Assembly: GCA_041691635.1 (NCBI GenBank)
Contig: JBEPUH010000024.1
Location: 4,677 to 68,676, forward strand
Direction: 5' to 3'
Length of the DNA stretch: 64,000 nt
DNA from: Hyphomicrobiales bacterium
Lineage (GTDB): Bacteria; Pseudomonadota; Alphaproteobacteria; Reyranellales; Reyranellaceae
A model generated the notes under the pieces. The model searched no databases and had not been told where the DNA came from. It saw nothing but the letters and a program-made list of their open reading frames with translations. The position numbers and the translations under genes are program-made. This document shows positions 39,037-49,456 of the stretch, in pieces (the stretch's first letter is position 1; each line of letters opens with the position of its first letter).

Positions 39037-40002
39037 TCAGTCCGGCTTCAGCAAGCCCTTCTGGAGAAGCTCGGAGACATTGGCCTCGTCGAGCTTCAGC
39101 GCCTCGGTGAACTGCTCGGGCGTCGAGGGTCGCACGATCGCGCCGAGCTCGCGCAGGCGCTTGCTCGCGGTCTCGTCCCTCAGTCCGGCGACGACGGCCC
39201 GGTTCAGGCGGTCGATCAGCGGCCGCGGCGTCTCGGCGCGCACGAATACGCCCGCGGTGGTGCCGCCCTCGAACGGCGTACAGCCGGCCTCCTTAAGGGT
39301 CGGCACGCCGGGCAGATCGGGCACGCGCTCCAGCCCGAAGACCACCAGCGCCTTCAGCTTGCCGGACTTGATGTGCGGCATCGAGCTGGTGAGCTGGTCG
39401 GAGAAGCAGTCGATCGTGCCCGCCAGCAGGTCGTTGATGCCGGGGCCCGAGCCGCGATAGGGGATGATGTTGAACTTGATCTGCTCGTTGAGTTGGAGGC
39501 GCAGGATGGCGACGTGGTTGGTCGTTCCGTTGCCGGAATGACCCATGGTGACGGTAGCGGGCTTGGCCTTGACCTCGGCCAGCAAGGTCTTGATGTCGGG
39601 GAAGCGGCTGTCCGCCCGGGTGACGATGATGGTGGGCGCCGTGGTGAGGATGCTCACCGGCGCCAGCGTCTGCAACATCTGTTGCTTGCCGGCGAAGATC
39701 GGCGCGACATAGCTCACGGTAAAGCTCGACATCACGATCGTGTAGCCGTCGGCCGGCGCGCTGACCGCGGCATCGAGGCCGACGACGCCGCCGGCGCCGG
39801 GGCGATTGTCGATCAGGACGGTCTGGCCGAGCTCGCGACCCATCGGGTCGGCGACCAGGCGCGAGGTGACGTCGTAGTTGCCGCCGGGCGCGAACGGGAT
39901 GACCCAGCGAAGCTGCCTGGAGGGGAACGTGTCCGCCCGGACTGATGGCGCCGCCAGCGAGAGCGCGCTGCTGCCGAGGAAAGTGCGTCGATTGAGGATC
40001 AT
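39037..40002 (-). CDS. Bug family (TctC-like) substrate-binding protein
   Basis: RRTFLGSSALSL signal, then FPSRQLRWVIPFAPGGNYDVTSRLVADPM...DNRPGAGGVVG. Confidence 0.9.
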   Translation of the reverse strand: MILNRRTFLGSSALSLAAPSVRADTFPSRQLRWVIPFAPGGNYDVTSRLVADPMGRELGQTVLIDNRPGAGGVVGLDAAVSAPADGYTIVMSSFTVSYVAPIFAGKQQMLQTLAPVSILTTAPTIIVTRADSRFPDIKTLLAEVKAKPATVTMGHSGNGTTNHVAILRLQLNEQIKFNIIPYRGSGPGINDLLAGTIDCFSDQLTSSMPHIKSGKLKALVVFGLERVPDLPGVPTLKEAGCTPFEGGTTAGVFVRAETPRPLIDRLNRAVVAGLRDETASKRLRELGAIVRPSTPEQFTEALKLDEANVSELLQKGLLKPD

Positions 40003-40015
40003 CTTCGGTATCTCG

Positions 40016-40183
40016 CTATTCGGGCTTCAACAGGTGGGATTTCACCCGTGGCGTGACATTCGCCCCGTCGCCGTTCAGGTAATCGGCATATTGCGCAAGT
40101 GTCGAGGGACGCGTCACCGCACCCGGCTCGCCCACTCGCTCGGCGAGGCCTGCACCCGCGAATCCACGTCGTTGCATCTTCAT
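40016..40183 (-). pseudogene. 3'-terminal remnant of a second Bug/TctC paralogue
   Basis: GAVTRPSTLAQYADYLNGDGANVTPRVKSHLLKPE* aligns with the C-terminus of the adjacent intact gene, GAIVRPSTPEQFTEALKLDEANVSELLQKGLLKPD*. No upstream Bug-like sequence is present. Confidence 0.65.
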
Positions 40184-40306
40184 TTGTTTCTTCTCCGCGC
40201 TTACCAGAGTATCGATAGCATCTGAAACCCGCGTCAACGATTGAAATCCGGGCCTGTCTGGACCACATCGAGACGCCGAACAACGGACCGCGGAGAGATA
40301 AAGGCG

Positions 40307-41956
40307 ATGCCTGAACATCAGACACCGCTGATTGCCATGATCGCGGCCGGCTTGATGCTGGCCTACGTGTTTGGACTGCTGGCGCATCGTCTTCGCATCC
40401 AGCCGCTCGTCGGCTACCTCGTGGCTGGCGTGGTCGTCGGCCCGTTCACACCGGGCTTCATCGCCGACGCCGGCATGGCCACCGAGCTGGCCGAGATCGG
40501 CGTCATTCTGCTGATGTTCGGCGTCGGGCTGCACTTCTCGCTCAAGGACCTGATGTCGGTCGCGCGCATCGCGGTGCCCGGCGCCATCATCCAGATCGTC
40601 ATCGCCACGCTGATGGGTGCCGGCCTCGCCCACGTCATCGGCTGGCCCTGGCAGGCGGGCATGGTGTTCGGATTGGCCCTGTCGGTCGCCAGTACGGTCG
40701 TGATGATCCGCGCCTTCCAGGACCGCCGGATGCTCGAGACCGAACGCGGGCGCCTTGCGGTCGGCTGGCTGGTCGTCGAGGACCTGATCGTGGTCCTGGC
40801 CCTGGTGCTGTTGCCCACTGCCGCCATGGTCGCCTCGAACGACGCCGTGCCGCTCAGCCGAATGGTCTTCCAGCTGATCGTAACGCTCGTCAAAGTGAGC
40901 ATCTTCGTCACCGTGATGCTGGTGATCGGCCGTCGCGTGATCCCCTGGCTCATGCATTACACGGCGCATACCGGATCGCGCGAGCTGTTCCGGCTTGCTG
41001 TCTATGCGATCGCCATCGGCGTGGCGTTCGGCGCGGCGAGACTGTTCGGCGTGTCGTTCGCGCTCGGCGCCTTCTTCGCCGGCATGGTGATGGGCGAAAG
41101 CAACCTCAGCCAGCAGGCCACCGAGGAAGCGCTGCCGTTGCGCGACGCATTCGCGGTACTGTTCTTCGTTTCGGTCGGCATGCTGTTCAACCCGCACGTC
41201 TTCGTCGAGGCGCCGCTTGCCCTCGCCGCCACCGTCGCGATCATCGTCGTCGGCAAGTCGGCCCTCGCATGGCTCATCTTGCGGGCTTTCAAGCTCTCGA
41301 ACAGTACGGCCCTCGCGGTCGCTGCGGGCCGAGCGCAGATCGGCGAGTTCTCCTTCATCCTGATCGGCCTCGGCATCGAGATCGACATAATCCCCCCGCT
41401 GGCACGCGACCTGATCCTCGGCGGCGCCATCATTTCGATCATCCTCAATCCGCTGCTCTTCGCCCTGCTGGTGCGCCGGCCCCATCCAGAGAGCGCCGCG
41501 GCGGACTCCGCAGAGCCGGCGCCGATCCTGTTGCCGACCACCCTGTCGGGTCACAACGTGCTGGTCGGCTATGGCCGCGTCGGCTCGCTGGTCGGCGCGA
41601 CGCTCGCGCGCGACGGCGCCGGAATGGTGGTGATCGAAACCAGCGAGGACAGCCTGGAGAAGGCACGGCGCGACGGCGCGGAGATTTTCACCGGCAACGC
41701 GGCCGACCCCGAGATCCTCGCCGCCGCCAACCTCGGCGGGGCGCGCCGGCTGTTCGTCACCATCCCCGAGGCATTCGAGGCGGGTCAAGTCGTGCAGCAG
41801 GCCCGTGTCGCGAACCCGACTCTCGACATCGTGGCGCGCGCCCATTCCGAGGCCGCGGTCGCACATCTCCAGAGCCTCGGCGCCACGCGCGTGATTTCCG
41901 GAGAGCGCGAAATCGCCGATCGCATGCTCGACTTCAGCCGCGAACCGTCGCGTTGA
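40307..41956 (+). CDS. CPA2 family monovalent cation:proton antiporter with TrkA-N (RCK) domain (YbaL/KefB-like)
   Basis: QPLVGYLVAGVVVGPFTPGF...EIGVILLMFGVGLHFS in the Na/H exchanger domain. C-terminal HNVLVGYGRVGSLVG Rossmann (TrkA-N). Confidence 0.88.
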   Translation: MPEHQTPLIAMIAAGLMLAYVFGLLAHRLRIQPLVGYLVAGVVVGPFTPGFIADAGMATELAEIGVILLMFGVGLHFSLKDLMSVARIAVPGAIIQIVIATLMGAGLAHVIGWPWQAGMVFGLALSVASTVVMIRAFQDRRMLETERGRLAVGWLVVEDLIVVLALVLLPTAAMVASNDAVPLSRMVFQLIVTLVKVSIFVTVMLVIGRRVIPWLMHYTAHTGSRELFRLAVYAIAIGVAFGAARLFGVSFALGAFFAGMVMGESNLSQQATEEALPLRDAFAVLFFVSVGMLFNPHVFVEAPLALAATVAIIVVGKSALAWLILRAFKLSNSTALAVAAGRAQIGEFSFILIGLGIEIDIIPPLARDLILGGAIISIILNPLLFALLVRRPHPESAAADSAEPAPILLPTTLSGHNVLVGYGRVGSLVGATLARDGAGMVVIETSEDSLEKARRDGAEIFTGNAADPEILAAANLGGARRLFVTIPEAFEAGQVVQQARVANPTLDIVARAHSEAAVAHLQSLGATRVISGEREIADRMLDFSREPSR

Positions 41957-42062
41957 ACGCGGACCTACACCACGTCGAGGGAATCGGCTCGCACTGGCCG
42001 GTCGATCTTCTGCAGGGTGCGACGCCCCAGATCGCGGAACGGCGGCAAAAGTAGGTCCCGCA

Positions 42063-42267
42063 TCAGGCGTCGGCGACATAGGCGACGATCGCCGCCGTCT
42101 CGGTGACGACAGTACGGCGATGCACGATCGTCGGCAGCTTGCCCATCGGGTTGATCTTCAGGAAGTCGGCGCCTTGTGCCCGGTCTTCTCGAAGTCGACG
42201 AAGATCTTGCGATAGAGGGCACCCCTCCTCGAGCATCCGGTGCGCCATCTGCGGTCACCGACGTCAC
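42063..42267 (-). pseudogene. glutathione S-transferase N-terminal fragment, frameshifted and truncated
   Basis: The GST N-domain signature is split across frames: AHRMLEEG / ALYRKIFVDFEKTGHKAP / DFLKINPMGKLPTIVHRRTVVTETAAIVAYVADA*. No C-terminal helical domain follows. Confidence 0.65.
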
Positions 42268-42271
42268 CTTC

Positions 42272-43276
42272 CTACAGATAGACGGCCTTCATCTGCGCAT
42301 CGGCGTAGCGGCCGCCGGCGGCCGCACCCGGCGGCATCGCATTCGACAGGCGCGCGACCTCGTCCGCGGAAAGCGCCACGTCGAGCGCCGCCACGTTCTG
42401 GTCGACGCGATCGGTGCGCTTGGTGCCCGGGATCGGCACGATGTCGGTGCCTTGTGCCAGCAGCCACGCCAGCGCCACCTGGCCCGGCGTGCAGCCGCGC
42501 GCCCTGGCCACCGCCTCGATCTCGGCGACCAGCGAGAGGTTGCGCGCGAGATTGTCGGCCGAGAAGCGCGGATGGCGGCCGCGGCCGTCGCCTTCGGGAA
42601 TGTCGGAGACCTGCTTGACCGCGCCGGTCAGCAGGCTGCGGCCGAGCGGCGAGTAGGCCACGAAGGAAATGCCGAGCGCCCGCGTGGTCGCCAGCGTCTC
42701 CTCGGCGTCCTGGCGATAGAGCAGCGAATATTCGCTCTGCACGGCGGCGATGGGATGGGTCTTGTGCGCGCGCCGGATCGTTTCCGGCTTGGCCTCGCTC
42801 AAGCCCAGCGCCTTCACCTTGCCCGCCTTCACCAGCTCGGCCATGGCGCCCACCGTCTCCTCGATCGGCACGTCGGGATCGACGCGGTGCTGGTAGTAGA
42901 GATCGATCACATCGACAGCCAGCCGCTTCAGGCTGGCCTCGCACGCGGCTTTCACATGGGCGGGCGTGCCGTCGACGCCATTGGCGCCGCCCGGCCGCTG
43001 GACCTGGCCGAACTTGGTCGCCAACACCACCTTGGCCGCCTTGCCGCCGGCCAGCGCCTTGCCGAGCAGCGTCTCGTTGTGGCCCCAGCCGTACATGTCG
43101 GAGCTGTCGAGCATGGTGACGCCTCGGTCGATCGCGTGATGGATGACCTTGATGCCCTCGGCGTCGTCGGCCTTGCCGTAGGCGCCCGACAGCGACATCA
43201 GGCCCAGCCCGATCGGGAACACACCGAGGGCGCTGCCGCCCAGCTTGCGCGGCGATTTGGTGACGCTGACAGTCAT
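42272..43276 (-). CDS. aldo/keto reductase
   Basis: GLGLMSLSGAYG...LDSSDMYG.G.NE.LLG...IDLYYQHRVD...LGLSE...VQSEYSL...YSPLGRS...IPGTKR. Confidence 0.9.
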   Translation of the reverse strand: MTVSVTKSPRKLGGSALGVFPIGLGLMSLSGAYGKADDAEGIKVIHHAIDRGVTMLDSSDMYGWGHNETLLGKALAGGKAAKVVLATKFGQVQRPGGANGVDGTPAHVKAACEASLKRLAVDVIDLYYQHRVDPDVPIEETVGAMAELVKAGKVKALGLSEAKPETIRRAHKTHPIAAVQSEYSLLYRQDAEETLATTRALGISFVAYSPLGRSLLTGAVKQVSDIPEGDGRGRHPRFSADNLARNLSLVAEIEAVARARGCTPGQVALAWLLAQGTDIVPIPGTKRTDRVDQNVAALDVALSADEVARLSNAMPPGAAAGGRYADAQMKAVYL

Positions 43277-43516
43277 GGAATCCTCGCTTTCGGGCGGTAC
43301 GCTAGCACAACGATAGGCGCCCTCTCCTTGTTTTGGCCGCTTTTCCCGGCCGGCCGCACACGGCCGCATCGGGAAATTTCGCGACAGTCACCGGCGGCGG
43401 GCGTAGACTCCGGCCTGTCAATGGCGGTTCGCGGCGTTTCGTGATCGGCTCTTCGACTTTGAATTCCGGTTCCGACGGGTCCGCGACCTTCGAACTTCGT
43501 TCAGGAGGAGGCGACC

Positions 43517-44398
43517 ATGGCGACCAATACCCACATCCGGAACCCCATCGAATGGGGATGGGACAACCTGAAACTCGGCACGCACGCCATGGGCTCGGCG
43601 GCCCATGCGCTCGACGAGGCGCTGGAGATGCGCGAAACGACGGTGCCGCAGGTGCGGCGCATCGGCATCGCCGATCTGCGCGAGGCACTGACCAGGGGCT
43701 TCGCCGATTTCGCCGCCTTCCGCAGCGACGTGATCTTCCTCTGTCTGCTCTACCCGATCGTCGGCCTCGTGCTGTCGCGGGTCGCGTTCGGCCACGGCAT
43801 GCTGCCGCTGATCTTCCCGCTCGCCTCGGGCTTCGCGCTGCTGGGACCGGCGGTCGCGGTCGGCCTCTACGAGATGAGCCGCGAGCGCGAGAACGGCCAG
43901 GACGCCAACTGGAGCCACGCCTTCGGCGTCGTCCGCTCGCCCGCCTTCGGCGCGATGCAGATGCTGGGCCTTCTGCTGCTCGCGATCTTCGCGCTGTGGC
44001 AGGTCGCGGCCTTCGCCGTCTACAACATGACCTTCGGACCGGCGATGCCGGCCTCGCTCGAAGTCTTCGCGCGCGAGATTCTCACCACCGGCGCCGGCTG
44101 GACGATGATCGTAGTGGGCTGCGGCGTCGGCTTCCTGTTCGCGGTCTTCGTGCTGGCCATCAGCGTGATCTCCTTCCCGCTACTGCTCGACCGCCACGTC
44201 GGCGTGTCGACGGCGGTGGTAACGTCGATGCGCGCTGTACTCGCCAACCCGGGACCGATGGCGGTGTGGGGCCTGGTGGTCGCGGCCAGCCTCGTGATCG
44301 GTGCGATCCCGCTGCTGCTGGGATACGCCATCGTCATTCCGGTGCTGGGGCATGCGACGTGGCATCTCTACCGCCGCCTCGTCCCGCGCCCCGAATAG
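43517..44398 (+). CDS. DUF2189 domain-containing integral membrane protein
   Basis: Soluble N-terminus with RRIGIADLREALTRGFADF, then about 5 TM segments. This matches my recollection of DUF2189. RBS AGGAGGAGG. Confidence 0.65.
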   Translation: MATNTHIRNPIEWGWDNLKLGTHAMGSAAHALDEALEMRETTVPQVRRIGIADLREALTRGFADFAAFRSDVIFLCLLYPIVGLVLSRVAFGHGMLPLIFPLASGFALLGPAVAVGLYEMSRERENGQDANWSHAFGVVRSPAFGAMQMLGLLLLAIFALWQVAAFAVYNMTFGPAMPASLEVFAREILTTGAGWTMIVVGCGVGFLFAVFVLAISVISFPLLLDRHVGVSTAVVTSMRAVLANPGPMAVWGLVVAASLVIGAIPLLLGYAIVIPVLGHATWHLYRRLVPRPE

Positions 44399-44427
44399 TC
44401 GCGACCGGAACCGGTGCCGTTAAAATA

Positions 44428-44472
44428 ACGGAAAAATAACGAGAGGGCCTTGGGCAACCCCGGCTCAAGGCC
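44428..44472 (-). terminator. candidate intrinsic terminator of the liv-type operon
   Basis: On the minus strand: GGCCTTG-13 nt loop-CAAGGCC (44446-44472) followed by CTCTCGTTATTTTT. It lies 20 nt downstream of the livF-like stop. Confidence 0.4.
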
Positions 44473-44491
44473 TGGATTTCGGTGCGGTGCC

Positions 44492-45186
<695 letters not shown>

Positions 45187-45190
<4 letters not shown>

Positions 45191-47049
45191 GCCTCAAGCC
45201 CTCCGAGATAGGCCTCGCGCACGGCGGGGTCGTTCTTGATCTGGTCGGGCGTGCCTTCGGTCAGGACCTTGCCTTCCTGCAGCACCGTGATCCATTCGAC
45301 CAGCTCGAACAGCGAGTCCATGTCGTGGTCGATGACGATCATGGTGCGGCCCTTGGCGATCGACTTCAGCAGCTTCACCGTCGCCACGCGCTCGCTCGGG
45401 CTCATGCCGGCGAGCGGCTCGTCGAGCAGAAGCAGGCTGGGCGACGTCGCAAGTGCGAGGCCGATCTCGAGCCGGCGCTTCTCGCCGTAGGCCAGCGCCG
45501 AGACCGTGGTGTCGGCGCGCGCCATCAGACTCACCAGGTCGAGCGTGCGGTCGACCTGCTCGGTGAGGCCGGGGATCTTCGCGGGATTGCGGAACAGGTC
45601 GAGGCGGAACTTGCCGCGGATCTCGCCGAGTGCGGCGATCGTCAGGTTCTCGCGCACCGTGAGGCGCGAGAAGAGCTGGTTGACCTGGTAGCTCTTGGTC
45701 AGGCCGAGCTGGCAGACGTCGGTCACGCTCTTGCCGGTGATGTCCTTGCCCTCGAAGACGATGGTGCCCGAGGTCGGCGGGACTTCGCAGGTCAGCATCT
45801 TGAAGAAGGTGCTCTTGCCCGCGCCGTTGGGGCCGATGATGCCACGCAGCTCGCCGACCTTGACCGTGAAGTTGACGTCGCTGTTGGCCAGCAGGCCGCC
45901 GTAGCGCTTGGTGAGGCCGGTCGCCTGTAGCAGCGTGCCGGCCTGCAGGTCGCCCTCGCGATGGCGCGCCGGCAGCGCCTCGTCGGTGACGACGATGGGC
46001 GCCGGTGCCTCCTCGGGCGCTTCGGCGGCTTCCGCCTCGACCTCGGCGCGATGGAATGCCAGCCTGTAGAGGTCCTTGAAGCCGCCGATCAGGCCGTGAC
46101 GCAGGAAGCAGACCAGCAGCACGAAGATCACGCCCAGCACCAGCTTCCAGGCACTGCCGAGGCCGGCGGCGCCTTGCAGGAAGTCCCGCAGGAACAGCCA
46201 GACAGCAGCGCCCAGCAGCGGCCCGAACAGCGTGCCGACGCCGCCGATGGCGGTCTGCATCACGAGCTGGCCCGAGGTGTCGAAGGAGAAAGCATCCGGC
46301 GGCATGAAGCCCTGCAGCACGCCCAGCAGGCCACCGGCGAGGCCGGCATAGGCCGCCGCGATCACAAATACCGTGAGCTTGTAGCCGGCGACCGAATGAC
46401 CGAGGGCGGCCGCGCGCAGCGGGTTGTCGCGGATCGCGCTCAGAATCTTGCCGACCGGCGAACGCACGATGCGCAACGCAATGACAACGCCGATGAAGTA
46501 GCAGATCGCCAGGAAATCGTACATCGACCAGCCGGTGCCGACGTGCCAGGAGAATCCCAGGAAGTCGATCTTCGGCGTCGGCACGCCCGGGATGCCGTTC
46601 TCGCCGCCGGTCCACGCCGAGAGCGGCGAGTTCTCGAGGAAGTAGAACATCTCCGCGATCGCCACGGTGATCATGGCGAAGTAGATGCCGGTGCGGCGCA
46701 GCGCCAGCATACCGACGAGGACGCCGACGACCATCGCGGCCAGGGTGCCGATCAGCAGGGCAAGCGGCACGCTCTCCACCATGTCCTGCGTCAGCAGATA
46801 GGCCGCGATGAAACCGCCGGTGCCGTAGAAGGCCGACTGGCCGAAGGACAGCAGGCCGGTGAAGCCGAACAGCAGGTCGAAGCCGAGTCCGAGCAGGCCC
46901 CAGACCAGGATCTGGTTCACCGTGTTGGGCGCAAAGCCCAGCGCCGGAAGCACCAAGGGGCCCAGGAGCAGGCCGACGGCGGTCAGGCCTTCGACGAGGA
47001 AGGGAATACGTCGCCGGACCCTGGGGGAAGACTTCACGGAAACACTCAA
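45187..47049 (-). CDS. fused branched-chain amino acid ABC transporter permease (LivM-like) / ATP-binding protein (LivG-like)
   Basis: The N-terminal ~330 aa is a polytopic LivM-type permease. An acidic Ala/Glu linker (AEVEAEAAEAPEEAP) follows. The ATPase part carries GPNGAGKSTFF, YGEKRRLEIG and LLLLDEP. Confidence 0.88.
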
Positions 47050-47936
47050 TCGCGGCTATACAGGCCCATCAGGCCACGCGGACGAACCAGCAGCACCAGC
47101 GTCATCGCCGCGAACAGCATGACGTAGGCGTAACCCGGGTTGATCATCGAGGTGATGCTGAGGATCTGGCCGGCGATCAGGCCGCCCAGGATGGCGCCGG
47201 GGAACGAGCCGACGCCGCCGATCACCACCACGACGAAGGTCTGGACGAGGATCATCTCGCCGACCTCGGGCGTCAGCGACACGACCGGCGCATTGACGAT
47301 GCCGGCAAAGCCCGCGGCCATCGCGCCGATGCCGAACACCACCATGAAGACGCGGAAGACGTTGATGCCGAGCGAGTCGACCATCGTCGAATCCTCGATA
47401 CCGGCACGCACGATCATGCCGAGCCGCGTGCGGTAGAGGACGATGTAGAGGACGAGCAACGCCACCGCCACGATGCCGACCACGGCCAGGCGGTAGGTCG
47501 GATAGAGCATGAAGCCGAGCGGTGTCACGCCCGCCGCCCACGGCGGCGGCGGAACGGTCCGCGACAGGCTGCCGAAGAAGAAGCGCACCAGCTCGACGAA
47601 GACGATCGACAGGCCGAACGTGACCAGCAACTGGTCCTCGTTCGGCCGGCTGTAGAAGTGGCGGATGATGACGCGCTCCATCACCACGCCGACCACCATC
47701 ACGAACAACGCGCCTGCGACGACGGCCAGCACGTAGGAGCCGGTCGCCGTGAACGCGAGGTAGCCCGCGTAGCCGCCCATCATGAACATGGCGCCGTGCG
47801 CCAGGTTCAGGACGCCGAGCGTGCCGTAGATGATCGTCAGGCCGGAGCTGATGAGCGCCAGAAGCGCCCCCAGCACCAGCCCGTTGAACATCTGCGAGAC
47901 GAGGTTAGCCCATGTGAACAATGCAAACCTCGCCAA
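47046..47936 (-). CDS. livH: branched-chain amino acid ABC transporter permease (LivH-like)
   Basis: LVSQMFNGLVLGALLALISSGLTIIYG is the canonical LivH N-terminus. 4-nt overlap with the downstream gene. Confidence 0.88.
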   Translation of the reverse strand: MARFALFTWANLVSQMFNGLVLGALLALISSGLTIIYGTLGVLNLAHGAMFMMGGYAGYLAFTATGSYVLAVVAGALFVMVVGVVMERVIIRHFYSRPNEDQLLVTFGLSIVFVELVRFFFGSLSRTVPPPPWAAGVTPLGFMLYPTYRLAVVGIVAVALLVLYIVLYRTRLGMIVRAGIEDSTMVDSLGINVFRVFMVVFGIGAMAAGFAGIVNAPVVSLTPEVGEMILVQTFVVVVIGGVGSFPGAILGGLIAGQILSITSMINPGYAYVMLFAAMTLVLLVRPRGLMGLYSRD

Positions 47937-47966
47937 CCCGATACACTGAGTCTCGCTTGCGGAGGA

Positions 47967-49325
47967 TCAGGTGTAGTCGCCGAGCTTGCACCCGAACGCG
48001 TCGGACTTCTGCATCAGCGGCTCGCCGGGAAGCACATCGAGGACGTCCCAGTAATCTTCCTTGCCCTTCATGTCGGCGGCCTTCTTGCCGCGAACGATGA
48101 TGACCGGACGGACGAGTTGATGATCCTCGGGGCGGAAGTGAACCTCGCCGACCATCGACTGCCTCTTGGTGCCCTTCTCGTAGGACTTGATGACGTCGGG
48201 CGGATAGAAGCTGCCGGCGTCTTCGACGGCGGCGGCCCACATGGCGAGTTGGAGGTAGGTGCACTGTGCGCCCCACTCCGGCTTGTAGCCGTACTTCTTC
48301 GAGAACTCGTCGTTGAACATCTTGGCGAGCGGATACTTGTCCTCGATGCCCCACCAGTAGCTGGTCGAGGCATAGACGCCGCCCATCAGATCGCCCCCGA
48401 CCTCACGCGCCAGGAACGGCACCTGGTAGGGAACCACCAGCTTCTGCTTGTCGAGCACGCCGAACTGCTTGGCCTGCTGGATCGACAGCACCGCGTCGTG
48501 ACCCCAGTTGATGTTGAGGAAGATGTCGGCGCCCGAGTTGGCGATGTTGAGCAGGAACGAGCTGTAGTCCGGTGCGCCGAGCGGGCAGACCTGGTTGGTG
48601 ACCGTCGACCAGCCGCCTTCCTTGTTCAGGTAGTCGGACATCGACTTCTGCACGGTGTGACCGTAGGTGTAGTCGGGCGTCAGGTAGGCGGCCTTCTTGC
48701 CCTTGCCGAAGGCCTTCACCAGCACCGGGCCGATGCCCGCCGCGGCGGTCTGGCCGTAGAAGCACTCGCGGAAGCCGTAGCGCACGCAGTCCTTGCCGGT
48801 GGTGTCGTTCGAGCCGGACACCATGGCGAGGTGGATCACCTTCTCGCGCTGGGCGAGCTTGTTGAGGGCCACGGCGACGGCGCTCGAGGTGCCGCCCATC
48901 ATCAGCACTGCCTTGTTCTCGCTGATGAAGCGCGAGATGTTCTGCACGCCGTTGTTGGGCTTGGCTTCGTCGTCGGCGACGCCGTACTTCACTTCCTTGC
49001 CGAGCACGCCCTTGGTGGTCTTGGGCGAGATCGCCTTGATCAGCGCGTTGCCGGAATTGATGTGCTCGATCGCGAGTTGCGCGCCCTTGAGCTCGTCCTC
49101 ACCCTGCACCGCGTAGGTGCCGGTGCGCGGCACGGTCAGACCGACGAACACCGAGCTGCCCGAGGAGCCGGCGGGATAGGTGCCGATCGCCGGCTTGTCG
49201 GCCGCGAAGGCCGGCAGGAAGAGCTGGGCGCCCCCGGTCGAGAAGGCCCCGAGGCCCGCGCCGGTGACGGCGGCCTGCCGCAGGAAGCCACGACGCGACG
49301 TCGAATTGCCTGAAGATTTAGCCAT
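47967..49325 (-). CDS. ABC transporter substrate-binding protein (LivK/amide-urea family-like) with Tat-type signal
   Basis: RRGFLRQAAVTGAGLGAF twin-arginine signal, a type I periplasmic binding fold pattern, and first position in the liv-type operon. Confidence 0.85.
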   Translation of the reverse strand: MAKSSGNSTSRRGFLRQAAVTGAGLGAFSTGGAQLFLPAFAADKPAIGTYPAGSSGSSVFVGLTVPRTGTYAVQGEDELKGAQLAIEHINSGNALIKAISPKTTKGVLGKEVKYGVADDEAKPNNGVQNISRFISENKAVLMMGGTSSAVAVALNKLAQREKVIHLAMVSGSNDTTGKDCVRYGFRECFYGQTAAAGIGPVLVKAFGKGKKAAYLTPDYTYGHTVQKSMSDYLNKEGGWSTVTNQVCPLGAPDYSSFLLNIANSGADIFLNINWGHDAVLSIQQAKQFGVLDKQKLVVPYQVPFLAREVGGDLMGGVYASTSYWWGIEDKYPLAKMFNDEFSKKYGYKPEWGAQCTYLQLAMWAAAVEDAGSFYPPDVIKSYEKGTKRQSMVGEVHFRPEDHQLVRPVIIVRGKKAADMKGKEDYWDVLDVLPGEPLMQKSDAFGCKLGDYT

Positions 49326-49407
49326 TTTACAGTCTCCTCCCGTTATTTGGTCGATCCCCGTAGGCCACTATCTCCACCTTTGGTCGGGGTCGCCTTAGCC
49401 TGAATTA

Positions 49408-49421
49408 TTGATGCAGATTAA
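49408..49421. promoter_or_regulatory. weak FNR/FixK-like box TTGAT-N4-ATTAA
   Basis: TTGATGCAGATTAA lies in the divergent intergenic region, 36 nt upstream of the preferred Crp/Fnr start codon. The right half-site deviates from ATCAA at the position normally critical for recognition. Confidence 0.25.
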
Positions 49422-49456
49422 CAAAAAAGATGGGCCATGAGCCAGAGGGTGGGGAA

